DNA of 64,000 nt from Antedon mediterranea (lineage: Eukaryota; Animalia; Echinodermata): the NCBI RefSeq assembly GCF_964355755.1, contig NW_027306096.1, positions 1-64,000 of the forward strand, given 5' to 3'. Below, piece by piece: positions 29,201 to 42,221 of the stretch (its first letter is position 1; every line of letters begins with the position of its first letter). Under the pieces are notes generated by a model. That model had not been told where the DNA came from. It was given only the letters and a program-made list of their open reading frames with translations, and ran no database searches. The position numbers and the translations under genes were made by a program.

Positions 29201-32200
29201 CATTTCGATGAAACTGGATTACACAAAACATCAAAGTGCACAAAATGGCTTCAAATCGCATTTGCAGACGTTTTAAACCATTTTGTGCATTTCGATGAAA
29301 CTTGATTACACAAAAACATCAAAGTGCTTAAAATCACATTTGAAACAGTTTTAGACCATCTTGAGCATTTCGATAAAACTTTTCACACAAAACATTAAAG
29401 TGCACAAAATAGCTTTAAATCGCATTTGGAGACGTTTTAGACCATTTTGTGCATTTCGATGAAACTTTTCACACAAAAACATCAAAGTGCACAAAATAGC
29501 TTCAAATCGCATTTGGAGACGTTTTAGACCATTTTGTGCATTTCGATGAAACTTGGTTAAACAAAAATATCAAAGTGCTTAAAATCACATTTGAAACCGT
29601 TTTAGACCATTTTGTGAATTTCTATAAAACTTTTTACACAAAACATCAAAGTGCACAAAATAGCTTCAAATCGCATTTGGAGACGTTTTAGACCATTTTG
29701 TGCGTTTCATTACACAAAACATCAAAGTGCACAAAATAGCTTCAAATCGCATTTGGAGACGTTTTCGACCATTTTGTGCATATTGATGAGACTTTTCACA
29801 CAAAAACATCAATGTGCATACAAAAGCTTATTATCGTATTTGGAGACGTTTTTGACTATTTTGTGCATTTCGATGAAACTTTTCACACAAAAACAACAAA
29901 GTGCATACAATAGCTTAATATCGTATTTGGAGACGTTTTAGACCATTTTGTGCATTTCGATCAAACTTTTCACACAAAAACATCAATGTGCACAAAATAG
30001 CTTCAATTCGCATTTAGAGACGTTTTAGACCATTTTGTGCATTTCGATGAAACTTTTCACAAAAAACAACAAAGTGCACAAAATAGCTTCAAATCGCATT
30101 TGGAGACGTTTTAGACCATGTTGTGCATTTCGAAAAAATTTGATTACACAAAAATATCAAAGTGCTTAAAATCACATTTGAAACCGTTTTAGACAATTTT
30201 GTGCATTTCGAAAAAACTTTTCACACAAAAACATCAAAGTGCACAAAATAGCTTCAAATCGCATTTTGAGAGGTTTTAGACAATTTTGTACATTTCGATG
30301 AAACTGGATTACACAAAACATCAAAGTGCACAAAATGGCTTCAAATCGCATTTGCAGACGTTTTAAACCATTTTGTGCATTTCGATGAAACTTGATTACA
30401 CAAAAACATCAAAGTGCTTAAAATCACATTTGAAACAGTTTTAGACCATCTTGAGCATTTCGATAAAACTTTTCACACAAAACATTAAAGTGCACAAAAT
30501 AGCTTTAAATCGCATTTGGAGACGTTTTAGACCATTTTGTGCATTTCGATGAAACTTTTTACACAAAACATCAAAGTGCACAAAATAGCTTCAAATCGCA
30601 TTTGGAGACGTTTTAGACCATTTTGTGCGTTTCATTACACAAAACATCAAAGTGCACAAAATAGCTTCAAATCGCATTTGGAGACGTTTTCGACCATTTT
30701 GTGCATATTGATGAGACTTTTCACACAAAAACATCAATGTGCATACAAAAGCTTATTATCGTATTTGGAGACGTTTTTGACTATTTTGTGCATTTCGATG
30801 AAACTTTTCACACAAAACCATCAAAGTGCACAAAATAGCTTCAAATCGCATTTGGAGACGTTTGAGACCATTTTGTGCATTTCGATTAAACTTGATAACA
30901 CAAAAATATCAAAGTGCTTAAAATCACATTTGAAACCGTTTTAGACCATTTTCAGCATTTCGATAAAACTTTCACACAAAACATCAAAGTGCACAAAATA
31001 ACTTCAAATCGCATTTAGAGACGTTTTAGAAAATGTTGTGCATTTCGTGAAAACTTTTCAGACAAAAACATCAAAGTACATACAATAGGTTCAAATCGCA
31101 TTTGGAGACGTTTTAGACCATTTTGTGCATTTCGATGAAACTTTTCACACAAAACATAAAAGTGCACAAAATAGCTTCAAATCGCATTTGGAGACGTTTT
31201 AGACCATGTTGTGCATTTCGAAAAAACTTGATTACACAAAAATATCAAAGTGCTTAAAATCACATTTGAAATCGTTTTAGACCATTTTGAGCATTTCGAT
31301 AAAACTTTTCACACAAAACATTAAAGTGCTTAAAATCACATTTGAAAACGCTTTAGACCATTTCGAGCATTTCCATAATACTTTTGACACAAAACATCAA
31401 AGTGCACAAAAGAGCTCCAAATCGCATTTGGAGACGTTTTAGACCATTTTGTGTATTTCGAAAAAACTTTTCACACAAAAACAACAAAGTGCATACAATA
31501 GCTTAATATCGTATTTGGAGACGTTTTAGACCATTTTGTGCATTTTGGTGAAACTTTTCACACAAAACAACAAAGTGCACAAAATAGCTTCAAATCGCAT
31601 TTAGAGACGTTTTAAACCATTTTGTGCATTTCGATGAAACTTTTCACACAAAAACATCAAAGTGCACAAAATAGCTTCAAATCGCATTTGGAGACGTTTT
31701 AGACAATTTTGTGCATTTCGATGAAACTTGGTTAAACAAAAATATCAAAGTGCTTAAAATCACATTTGAAACCGTTTTAGACCATTTTGTGCATTTCTAT
31801 AAAACTTTTTACACAAAACATCAAAGTGCACAAAATAGCTTCAAATCGCATTTGGAGACGTTTTAGACCATTTTGTGCGTTTCATTACACAAAACATCAA
31901 AGTGCACAAAATAGCTTCAAATCGCATTTGGAGACGTTTTCGACCATTTTGTGCATATTGATGAGACTTTTCACACAAAAACATCAATGTGCATACAAAA
32001 GCTTATTATCGTATTTGGAGACGTTTTTGACTATTTTGTGCATTTCGATGAAACTTTTCACACAAAACCATCAAAGTGCACAAAATAGCTTCAAATCGCA
32101 TTTGGAGACGTTTGAGACCATTTTGTGCATTTCGATTAAACTTGATTACACAAAAATATCAAAGTGCTTAAAATCACATTTGAAACCGTTTTAGACCATT

Positions 32201-35200
32201 TTCAGCATTTCTATAAAACTTTTGACACAAAACATCAAAGTGCACAAAAGAGCTCCAAATCGCATTTGGAGACGTTTTAGACCATTTTGTGTATTTCGAA
32301 AAAACTTTTCACACAAAAACAACAAAGTGCATACAATAGCTTAATATCGTATTTGGAGACGTTTTAGACCATTTTGTGCATTTTGGTGAAACTTTTCACA
32401 CAAAACAACAAAGTGCACAAAATAGCTTCAAATCGCATTTAGAGACGTTTTAAACCATTTTGTGCATTTCGATGAAACTTTTCACACAAAAACATCAAAG
32501 TGCACAAAATAGCTTCAAATCGCATTTGGAGACGTTTTAGACAATTTTGTGCATTTCGATGAAACTTGGTTAAACAAAAATATCAAAGTGCTTAAAATCA
32601 CATTTGAAACCGTTTTAGACCATTTTGTGCATTTCTATAAAACTTTTTACACAAAACATCAAAGTGCACAAAATAGCTTCAAATCGCATTTGGAGACGTT
32701 TTAGACCATTTTGTGCGTTTCATTACACAAAACATCAAAGTGCACAAAATAGCTTCAAATCGCATTTGGAGACGTTTTCGACCATTTTGTGCATATTGAT
32801 GAGACTTTTCACACAAAAACTTCAATGTGCATACAAAAGCTTATTATCGTATTTGGAGACGTTTTTGACTATTTTGTGCATTTCGATGAAACTTTTCACA
32901 CAAAACCATCAAAGTGCACAAAATAGCTTCAAATCGCATTTGGAGACGTTTTAGACCATTTTGTGCATTTCGATTAAACTTGATTACACAAAAATATCAA
33001 AGTGCTTTTAGACCATTTTCAGCATTTCGATAAAACTTTCACACAAAACATCAAAGTGCACAAAATAACTTCAAATCGCATTTAGAGACGTTTTAGAAAA
33101 TGTTGTGCATTTCGTGAAAACTTTTCAGACAAAAACATCAAAGTACATACAATAGGTTCAAATCGCGTTTGGAGACGTTTTAGACCATTTTGTGCATTTC
33201 GATGAAACTTTTCACACAAAACATAAAAGTGCACAAAATAGCTTCAAATCGCATTTGGAGACGTTTTAGACCATGTTGTGCATTTCGAAAAAACTTGATT
33301 ACACAAAAATATCAAAGTGCTTAAAATCACATTTGAAACCGTTTTAGACCATTTTGAGCATTTCGATAAAACTTTTCACACAAAACATTAAAGTGCTTAA
33401 AATCACATTTGAAAACGCTTTAGACCATTTCGAGCATTTCCATAAAACTTTTTACACAAAACATCAAACTACACAAAAGAACTCCAAATCGCATTTGGAG
33501 ACGTTTTAGACCATTTTGTGCATTTAGAAAAAACTTTTCACTCAAAAACATCAAAGTGGATACAATAGCTTAATATCGTATTTGGAGACGTTTTAGACAA
33601 TTTTGTGCATTTCGATGAAACTTTTCACACAAAAACATCAAAGTGCACAAAATAGCTTCAAATCGCATTTTGAGAGGTTTTAGACAATTTAGTACATTTC
33701 GATGAAACTGGATTACACAAAACATCAAAGTGCACAAAATAGCTTCAAATCGCATTTGCAGACGTTTTAAACCATTTTGTGCATTTCGATGAAACTTGAT
33801 TACACAAAAACATCAAAGTGCTTAAAATCACATTTGAAACCGTTTTAGACCATTTTGAGCATTTCGATAAAACTTTTCACACAAAACATTAAAGTGCACA
33901 AAATAACTTTAAATCGCATTTGGAGACGTTTTAGATCATTTTGTACATTTCGATTAAACTTGATTACACAAAAATATCAAAGTGCTTAAAATCACATTTG
34001 AAACCGTTTTAGACCATTTTCAGCATTTCGATAAAACTTTCACACAAAACATCAAAGTGCACAAAATAACTTCAAATCGCATTTAGAGACGTTTAGAAAA
34101 TGTTGTGCATTTCGTGAAAACTTTTCAGACAAAAACATCAAAGTACATACAATAGGTTCAAATCGCATTTGGAGACGTTTTAGACCATTTTGTGCATTTC
34201 GATGAAACTTTTCACACAAAACATAAAAGTGCACAAAATAGCTTCAAATCGCATTTGGAGACGTTTTAGACCATGTTGTGCATTTCGAAAAAACTTGATT
34301 ACACAAAAATATCAAAGTGCTTAAAATCACATTTGAAACCGTTTTAGACCATTTTGAGCATTTCGATAAAACTTTTCACACAAAACATTAAAGTGCTTAA
34401 AATCACATTTGAAAACGCTTTAGACCATTTCGAGCATTTCCATAAAACTTTTTACACAAAACATCAAACTACACAAAAGAACTCCAAATCGCATTTGGAG
34501 ACGTTTTAGACCATTTTGTGCATTTCGAAAAAACTTTTCACTCAAAAACATCAAAGTGGATACAATAGCTTAATATCGTATTTGGAGACGTTTTAGACAA
34601 TTTTGTGCATTTCGATGAAACTTTTCACACAAAAACATCAAAGTGCACAAAATAGCTTCAAATCGCATTTTGAGAGGTTTTAGACAATTTAGTACATTTC
34701 GATGAAACTGGATTACACAAAACATCAAAGTGCACAAAATAGCTTCAAATCGCATTTGCAGACGTTTTAAACCATTTTGTGCATTTCGATGAAACTTGAT
34801 TACACAAAAACATCAAAGTGCTTAAAATCACATTTGAAACCGTTTTAGACCATTTTGAGCATTTCGATAAAACTTTTCACACAAAACATTAAAGTGCACA
34901 AAATAACTTTAAATCGCATTTGGAGACGTTTTAGATTTTTTTGTGCATTTCAATGAAACTTGGTTACACAAAAACATCAAAGTGCTTAAAATCCCATTTG
35001 AAACCGTTTTAGACCATTTCGAGCATTTCTATAAAACTTTTGACACAAAACATCAAAGTGCACAAAAGAGCTCCAAATCGCATTTGGAGACGTTTTAGAC
35101 CATTTTGTGTATTTCGAAAAAACTTTTCACACAAAAACAACAAAGTGCATACAATAGCTTAATATCGTATTTGGAGACGTTTTAGACCATTTTGTGCATT

Positions 35201-36257
35201 TTGGTGAAACTTTTCACACAAAACAACAAAGTGCACAAAATAGCTTCAAATCGCATTTAGAGTCGTTTTAGACCATTTTGTGCGTTTCATTACACAAAAA
35301 ATCAAAGTGCAAAAAATAGCTTCAAATCGCATTTGGAGACGTTTTAAACCATTTTGTGCATTTCGATGAAACTTGATTACACAAAAACATCAAAGTGCTT
35401 AAAATCACATTTGAGACCGTTTTAGACCATTTTGAGCATTTCCATAAAACTTTTCACACAAAAACATCAAGATACATACAATAGCTTAATATCGTATTTG
35501 GAGACGTTTTAGAACTTTTTGTGCATTTCGATGAAACTTTTCAAACAAAACATCAAAGTGCAGAAAATAGCTTCAAATCGTATTTGGAGACGTTTTAGAC
35601 CATTTTGTGCATTTCGATCAAACTTTTCACACAAAAACATCAATGTGCACAAAATAGCTTCAATTCGCATTTAGAGACGTTTTAGACCATTTTGTGCATT
35701 TCGATGAAACTTTTCACAAAAAAACATCAAAGTGCACAAAATAGCTTCAAATCGCATTTGGAGACGTTTTAGACCATTTTGAGCATTTCGATGAAACTTT
35801 TCACACAAAAACAACAAAGTGCATACAATAGCTTAATATCGTATTTGGAGACGTTTTAGACCATTTTGTGCATTTCGATGAAACTTTTCACACAAAAACA
35901 TCAAAGTGCACAAAATAGCTTCAAATCGCATTTGGAGAAGTTTTAGACAATTTTGAGCATTTCGATGAAACTTTTCACACAAAAACAACAAAGTGCATAC
36001 AATAGCTTAATATCGTATTTGGAGACGTTTTAGACAATTTTGTGCGTTTCGATGAAACTCTTCACAAAAAAACAACAAAGTGCACAAAATAGCTTCAAAT
36101 CGTATTTGGAGACGTTTTAGACCATTTTGTGCGTTTCATTACACAAAACATCAAAGTGCACAAAATAGCTTCAAATCGCATTTGGAGACGTTTTATACCA
36201 TTTTGTGCATTTCGATGAGACTTTTCACACAAAAACATCAATGTGCAAAAGCTTATT
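23209..36257 (-). repeat. Satellite array, reverse orientation (segment 2)
   Basis: Same monomer set on the - strand, with local higher-order duplications at offsets 1379, 838 and 1000 bp. Confidence 0.98.
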
Positions 36258-36851
36258 TTTGCTACTCGGAGACGGCGGCGATTAACAAACTCATAGAATA
36301 CTAAATAAAGATGCATACAACATAAGTTCAGGCTTAAATAGTTTATTAGTAAATGAACATTCGCCCATGTAAAACTGCACATAAAAGTCATAAGCAAATA
36401 TAAGTTATATATAGCAATAATTTACCAATTCTAAGTAAGCACAACAGGGATGCTCAGAGAAAAATAGCCCGCGGCAGGTGCCAAGGCACCGCCAAGAGCA
36501 GCCCACCAAAGTGCAGGAAACAAGGAAGAATGTTCACTTACCCAGTTGAAACTGAGATAAAAAATTAAAAATGGTTCTACCAGGACTTCCTGGAAAAATC
36601 TCCAAAGAGACTGATAGGTACAAAAATCACCATTAATACAACGATGCTCCCATGAAAGTATACGCAGATACTTCATGACAGTATGTTGAGCATCAGCACC
36701 TTCCACCCCAGGCTAATCCGAGGGCTCCACTACCGTGCACTGCTATGGGAGCAAATTTGTACTAACACATCGCCAATAAACAATACTGAAGAAAAAAAAC
36801 GTAAATAGTCGCATGGATGTAAGTGATTTATAATGTAAATGTACATTTTTG

Positions 36852-37862
36852 TTAGTCATTACTAAGAGTTATGCTGTGGGGTCGGATATATCGCTTATAT
36901 GCGTCGCTTTTCCATCTTCCGGTAGCTTTAATTTCTTGTTCGTCTGCGCCCAGGTCCCTAAGTTGCGTGGCCCTTCCGATTCTGAACGAGTGTGTGTTGT
37001 ACCGGGTGTGGTCTAAGTTGGCGTGTGACGCGGCTTCTTTTAACGTGTGGCTTAAATGCTTCCTAAGTAGTGGATCTCCGGTTTGAAATATGAAAAATTT
37101 CTCCCGCGTCGTAGGCCTGATCGAATTGTAATCCTGTAACGCTTTTACCGGGCATAACATGCTGTTTGCTTTTTTGTTAATGCTGAAATGTTGGGAATCG
37201 CCCTTGTGGTGTTTGAAGGAATTAAATTGGAAGGTGACCTTAGCGTGTGAGATGGTAATGTCGCGAAGTTTTAGGACGTGTTCCGGATTATTGGTCCGTA
37301 CCATTTCACTTGCCCTCGCACAAGCGTAGTAACAGGTGAGGAACAAAGCTTTATACAGTTTCCTTTCGTATTCGTTGCTCTTAATAAATTTGAGTTGAGC
37401 GAGAAGCTTCTCCATTATGGTAGTGGTAACCGGGTAAAGGCGTCGGCGGCGGCTGGCAACGTTGTATAGCTTCCCGGCACCTCTTGTGACAATATTTAAC
37501 AATGGTATGTTAGTAGGGTCTGGATTGTTGGTAATTTTGTGCATGAATGCAATGGCACTTAGATACGTTCTTATGGTATTTTGGTTGAGACCTGTCCGAA
37601 AGAGGTGGCAGACGAATAGTGAGATGTGGGGTGGGGAGATAGGCATTTGATGTGGTAGGTGGTGGCTTTGTAGGAACATAAGTAAGGTTGACCACGCCCT
37701 GTTGTATGATTTTCTGGTTCCAGTCGTGACGGAAGCTCGTATCAGGTTTTCTTGAATGCAGCGAAGTTCTCTGGTAGCAGATGTGGTGGTATTGTTAATG
37801 GGTTTTGATGCATTCCGAATTGTTTGAGAAGTTTTTTTGTTACCTGTGAACGGGAAATTGCA
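36852..37862 (-). CDS. Tyrosine recombinase of a DIRS/PAT-like element
   Basis: Catalytic set present: R (YACARASE), K (SFKHH), HxxR (THSFRIGRAT), W (GRWKS), Y (AYKRYIR). First ATG at 37679, but the frame is open upstream to ~37862 and encodes RASVTTGTRKSYNRAW, resembling the usual YR N-terminus and overlapping the RNase H end. Confidence 0.93.
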   Translation of the reverse strand, partial: CNFPFTGNKKTSQTIRNASKPINNTTTSATRELRCIQENLIRASVTTGTRKSYNRAWSTLLMFLQSHHLPHQMPISPPHISLFVCHLFRTGLNQNTIRTYLSAIAFMHKITNNPDPTNIPLLNIVTRGAGKLYNVASRRRRLYPVTTTIMEKLLAQLKFIKSNEYERKLYKALFLTCYYACARASEMVRTNNPEHVLKLRDITISHAKVTFQFNSFKHHKGDSQHFSINKKANSMLCPVKALQDYNSIRPTTREKFFIFQTGDPLLRKHLSHTLKEAASHANLDHTRYNTHSFRIGRATQLRDLGADEQEIKATGRWKSDAYKRYIRPHSITLSND

Positions 37863-38010
37863 TCACTTAGTACATTTTTAATACCTGGCGGTTAGATGTA
37901 TATTATGTGTAAGTAGTACTAATACTAACGGCCTGATTATGCGCATTACATCAGAATTAGAACTAGTTTTGTTGTTAACGTGATAGACATTGGGTAGGTT
38001 ATCGGTGTTA
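37742..38010 (-). pseudogene. C-terminal remnant of DIRS-type RNase H (pol), frameshifted
   Basis: Manual translation: TDNLPNVYHVNNKTSSNSDVMRIIRPLVLVLLTHNIHLT, then after a frameshift PGIKNVLSDAISRSQV...IPPHLLPENF. Matches the DIRS RNase H pattern DN..VV..IN..TS...M..R.L.....NI.....IPG..N..AD.LSR. Confidence 0.85.
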
Positions 38011-39140
38011 GGGGGATGTTGTTGTTGATGGGTGTCGTGATTGATTTTTATCTCGTTTGCACAGGAAATATGGGTGTGGCCTGTCTTCGAAGCATTTAAA
38101 GCATTTATGAGAGAACTTACAGCGGTATGGTTGTGAGCACTTTCGCGTTGGGGTGTGGTATGGTTGGCAGTATCCAAGTGGTATTTGGGAATCGGTGGTC
38201 TTCCTGTTGAAAGGTGGGGTGTTAAAGCCCCGAAAATGACTTTGTGGGCGATAGCGTTGTAGCATTAAGTTGTGAATAAGGTCGCCCCGTACTGTGGCCC
38301 ATGAGCATTTGGTATGTTCCCTAGCTCTCCGAAAAGCCTCATCGTATGACCGCCAATTTTGTGCGTTGTTTCGCATCATGATTTGGATTTGCTTTGCGTA
38401 AGTGAAAATGTCTTGCATATCTGCAGGGTGATAGCTTAGATGTAAGGTGGCGAAGTCGTAAAATGTCATGGACCATTCATGTTCGGTCAAGAATCGTTTT
38501 TTCTTTTTTGGCACCATTTCAAGGCCCCCGTTGAACTGTAACGCGAATGTATCGCTGTCGTCTGGGTTAACGATATCTGAGAACTCAACATATTTGTGGT
38601 CTTTAATTTTTATTTTTAATTTGTCGGGGACCAAAGCTCCGACCTTAATTCCCCCGGTATACCGGAGGGGTTTTGAGCTGCATCTCCTTCAACAATAGTA
38701 TATGGAATAAATGTGTCTTTAGCTGGTGCTTGAGTGAGTGGCATGGTGGTAATATCTGATATAGTATTTGGTGTTGTGTCGTCGAAGAAGCGAGTGCTGT
38801 TTAGTTCTCCGTCATTAGCTATTGTAGTAGTGGTATCGGATATGCCTATATTAGACTCCCCACACTTACTCAAATTAGTAACTACCTCGGCCAATCCAGA
38901 AATCATGTGCTCCATTTTGTCCAGCCTTTCCGAGACTTCAGCGGAAACCGCCGAAGCGTTACTTTTGTCAGTATTAGCTGTACTGGTAGAAGCAGTGGTA
39001 GGGAGCTTTTTCTTCTTAGCTAGTTGTTTAGGTGTAGTTTGTGCTTTCCTTTTAGGTGCACCAGAAGCCCCAGAAGTGTTGTTGGATTGTTTGGGTGCTG
39101 TTTGTTGTTTCTGTGTCTTACGTGCTGTCCGTTTGGCCAT
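38008..39140 (-). pseudogene. DIRS/PAT-like gag (ORF1) split into two overlapping frames
   Basis: 38616-39140 encodes a basic, low-complexity N-terminus. 38008-~38670 encodes VGALVPDKLKIKIKDHKYVEF, WRSYDEAFR and a Cys/His cluster (YCQPYH...C...CKFSHKCFKC....H....C), as in YR-retrotransposon Gag. Confidence 0.8.
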
Positions 39141-39284
39141 TATGAACCCCTAGCAGAAATCGGTATAAGAAGACAATACAAAATGTTAATAATGTTTACC
39201 AAACGTAGTGTGTATTGCCATTCGATATAATTAGGTTATATGCATTATCATGCATATAACCTCTTGATTCTGTCAAAATCTTTA

Positions 39285-42221
39285 TTAGGTTATATGCATG
39301 ATATGCATATAACCTCTTGATTCTGTCAAAATCTTTATTTATTAGGTTATATGCATTATCATGCATATAACCTCTTGATTCTGTCAAAATCTTTATTTAT
39401 TTATTCTTTCCTTAGCACTATTTTGTCCGTGAATTATCTTGATATCAGTTTCATCTATCTAAGTCAATTTTTCAGAGTATATTCCTTATGGCCAGGAATC
39501 GATGTGGTTATATTTTCACGATGCGTAATCAAAAATTACGCGGTCTACGCGCGATTTTACGAAATCACGTTTGTAATCATATCTTCACAAGCATGAATCA
39601 CAATTAAACAAAATTTGGTACTCATAAATTTCAGGTCATATTTCATCATATGGCAATACAATTACGTGCGTAGCGCATATAACGCTTGCGTACGCGCGCT
39701 TAAAATGTTCAAAATTGTCAAAATTTATTTTCGATGAAATTAGAGTACGTTTCAGGCAATTTTAAGCGTTTAAAAAATTGCCATGAGTGCGCAGATTTTT
39801 GCACGCGCACTGCGCGTTATACGTTAATGCGCACTCTTTTTGTCCGATTTCGGTTGTACAACCTTTCTTTAATAATATCATCATATTTTATTCACTTTTC
39901 AACGCGTAATTGCCTTATACGAGCACGTCAAAAGTGACAGGCTACGCACGTGTAAGTTAACAAAATGGTGAAAATATGCTAAATTTTAAAATTAATATAG
40001 ATCGTCAGAATGCTCGGGAACACATATTTTTTATTTCATTTTCTTGAAGTGTATGTATCTTATGTATGATTTATTATTAAACTAAGGGAACAAAAGTTGA
40101 TTAAGCCATAATTAATTGCATATTAAATTAAAAAAAATTCATTTCGACAATCAAACAAATTATGACATTTTCTTAGGCCAAAATAACAAACTTAACATTA
40201 ACTTTCTTCCTTCAAAAGTTCATATATTAAAGTTAAAAGTATATAGTTTGACAGTGCATCATTTTTGTACATTTTTAGAGATGTCATCATAGTAAAAAAT
40301 TATAATTCATTGCGGTATGTAATAATCTATCTGCACCAAAGTGGTTACTGCATAGTAAATACACGGAGGAATTTTTCTACAATTTTTAGTCAGTTGTGTA
40401 TGGCTCGGTGGTGTGTGCTCGTGTCTATGGCACTCAAGGTACCGAGATCGAGTCTCACCTTGGGAAACGAAATAATTTTTTTTTTTTATTATCCGTATTG
40501 TTTGTTCAAATTTATTTCTTAGTGTATATATTATACACATGATTTATAATGAAATCTAGATAAAAAATAACTTATGTCTTTATTATTATGTAACAGCAAA
40601 TGTGGTTTATGACATTATACGCAGAGGGATCTTTGATCGGATTGTGATACCGGCTATTGTATTCGCGTTAGCAAGGTCCTATCATATATTATATATTATT
40701 TAAAGAATCTGAGAAAATCAATGAATCAAAATATCTTTTAAAAATAAATTATCTTTATTTTAATTATCAATGCATATAACCTATAATTCGTCATAGTGAC
40801 GAATTAAATCTAGTTTATTTATTTATTTATTTATTTATTTATTCTTTCCTTAGCACTATTTTGTCCGTGCATTATCTTGGCATCAGTTTAATCTAGCTAA
40901 GTCAAGTTTTCAGAGTATATTCCTCATGGCCAGGAATCGATGTGGTTATATTTTCACGATGCGTAATCAAAAATTACGCGGTCTACGCGCGATTTTACGA
41001 AATCACGTTTGTAATCATATCTTCACAAGCATGAATCACAATTAAACAAAATTTGGTACTCATAAATTTCAGGTCATATTTCATCATATGGCAATGAAAT
41101 TACGTGCGTAGCGCATATAACGCTTGCGTACGCGCGCTTAAAATGTTCAAAATTGTCAAAATTTATTTTCGATGAAATTAGAGTACGTTTCAGGCAATTT
41201 TAAGCGTTTAAAAAAATGCCATGAGTGCGCAGATTTTTGCACGCGCACTGCGCGTTAAACGTTAATGCGCACTCTTTTTGCCCGATTTCTGTTTTACAAT
41301 CTTTCTTTAATAATATCATCATATTTGATTCAGGTTTTAACTCGAAATTGCGTTATACGAGCACGTCAAAAGTGACTGGCTACGCACGTATAAGTTAACA
41401 AAATGGTGAAAATATGCTAAATTTTAAAATTAATATATATCGTCAGAATGCAGGGGAACACCTATTTTTTATTTCATTTTCTTGAAGTGTATGTATCATA
41501 TGTATGATTTATTATCAAATAAAGAGAACAAAAGTTGATTAAGTCATCATTAATTGCATATTAAATTTAAAAAAAATAATTTCGACAATCAAACAAATTA
41601 TGACATTTTCTTATGCCAAAATAACAAACTTAACATTAACTTTCTTCCTTCATAAATTCATATATTAAAGTTAAAAGTATGTAGTTTGACAGTGCATCAT
41701 TTGTATACATTTTAAAGATGTCATCATAGTAAAAAATTATAATTCATTTTGGTATGTAATAATCTATTTGCATCAAAGTGGTTACTGCATAGTAAATACA
41801 CGGAGGAATTTTTCTACAACTTTTAGTCAGTTGTGTACGGCTCGGTGGTCTGTGCTCGTGTCTATGGCATTCAAGGTACCGAGATCGAGTCTCACCTTGG
41901 GAAACGAAATAAGATTTTTTTTTTATTATCCGTATTGTTTGTTCAAATTTATTTCTTAGTGTATAGATTATACACATGATTTATAATGAAATCTAGATAA
42001 AAATTAACTTATGTCTTTATTATTATGTATACGCATATGGATCTTTGATCGGATTGTGATACCGGCTATGGTGTTCGCGTTAGCAAGGTCCTATCATATA
42101 TTATAAATAATTAAAGATTCTGAGAAAATCAATCAATCAATATATCTTTTAAAAATCAATTATCTTGATTTAAATCAATGCATATAACCTATAATTCGTC
42201 ATAGTGACGAATTAAATCTAG
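39285..42221 (+). mobile_element. HINE-like copy 2 (head 39285-39341, body 40814-42221), interrupted by copy 3
   Basis: Head variant gcatgatatgc. Body resumes in the (TTTA)n tract after the CTAG at 40813 and ends at CTAG 42218-42221. Confidence 0.75.
39342..40813 (+). mobile_element. HINE-like copy 3, complete (innermost)
   Basis: Uninterrupted head (gcattatcatgc) through hairpin and CTAG at 40810-40813. Confidence 0.85.

Noticed and set aside
36852-37679. Phage or bacterial integrase (contamination or HGT)
   Set aside because: HSFRIG/GRWKS signature and linkage to DIRS-type gag and RNase H point to a eukaryotic YR retroelement origin.
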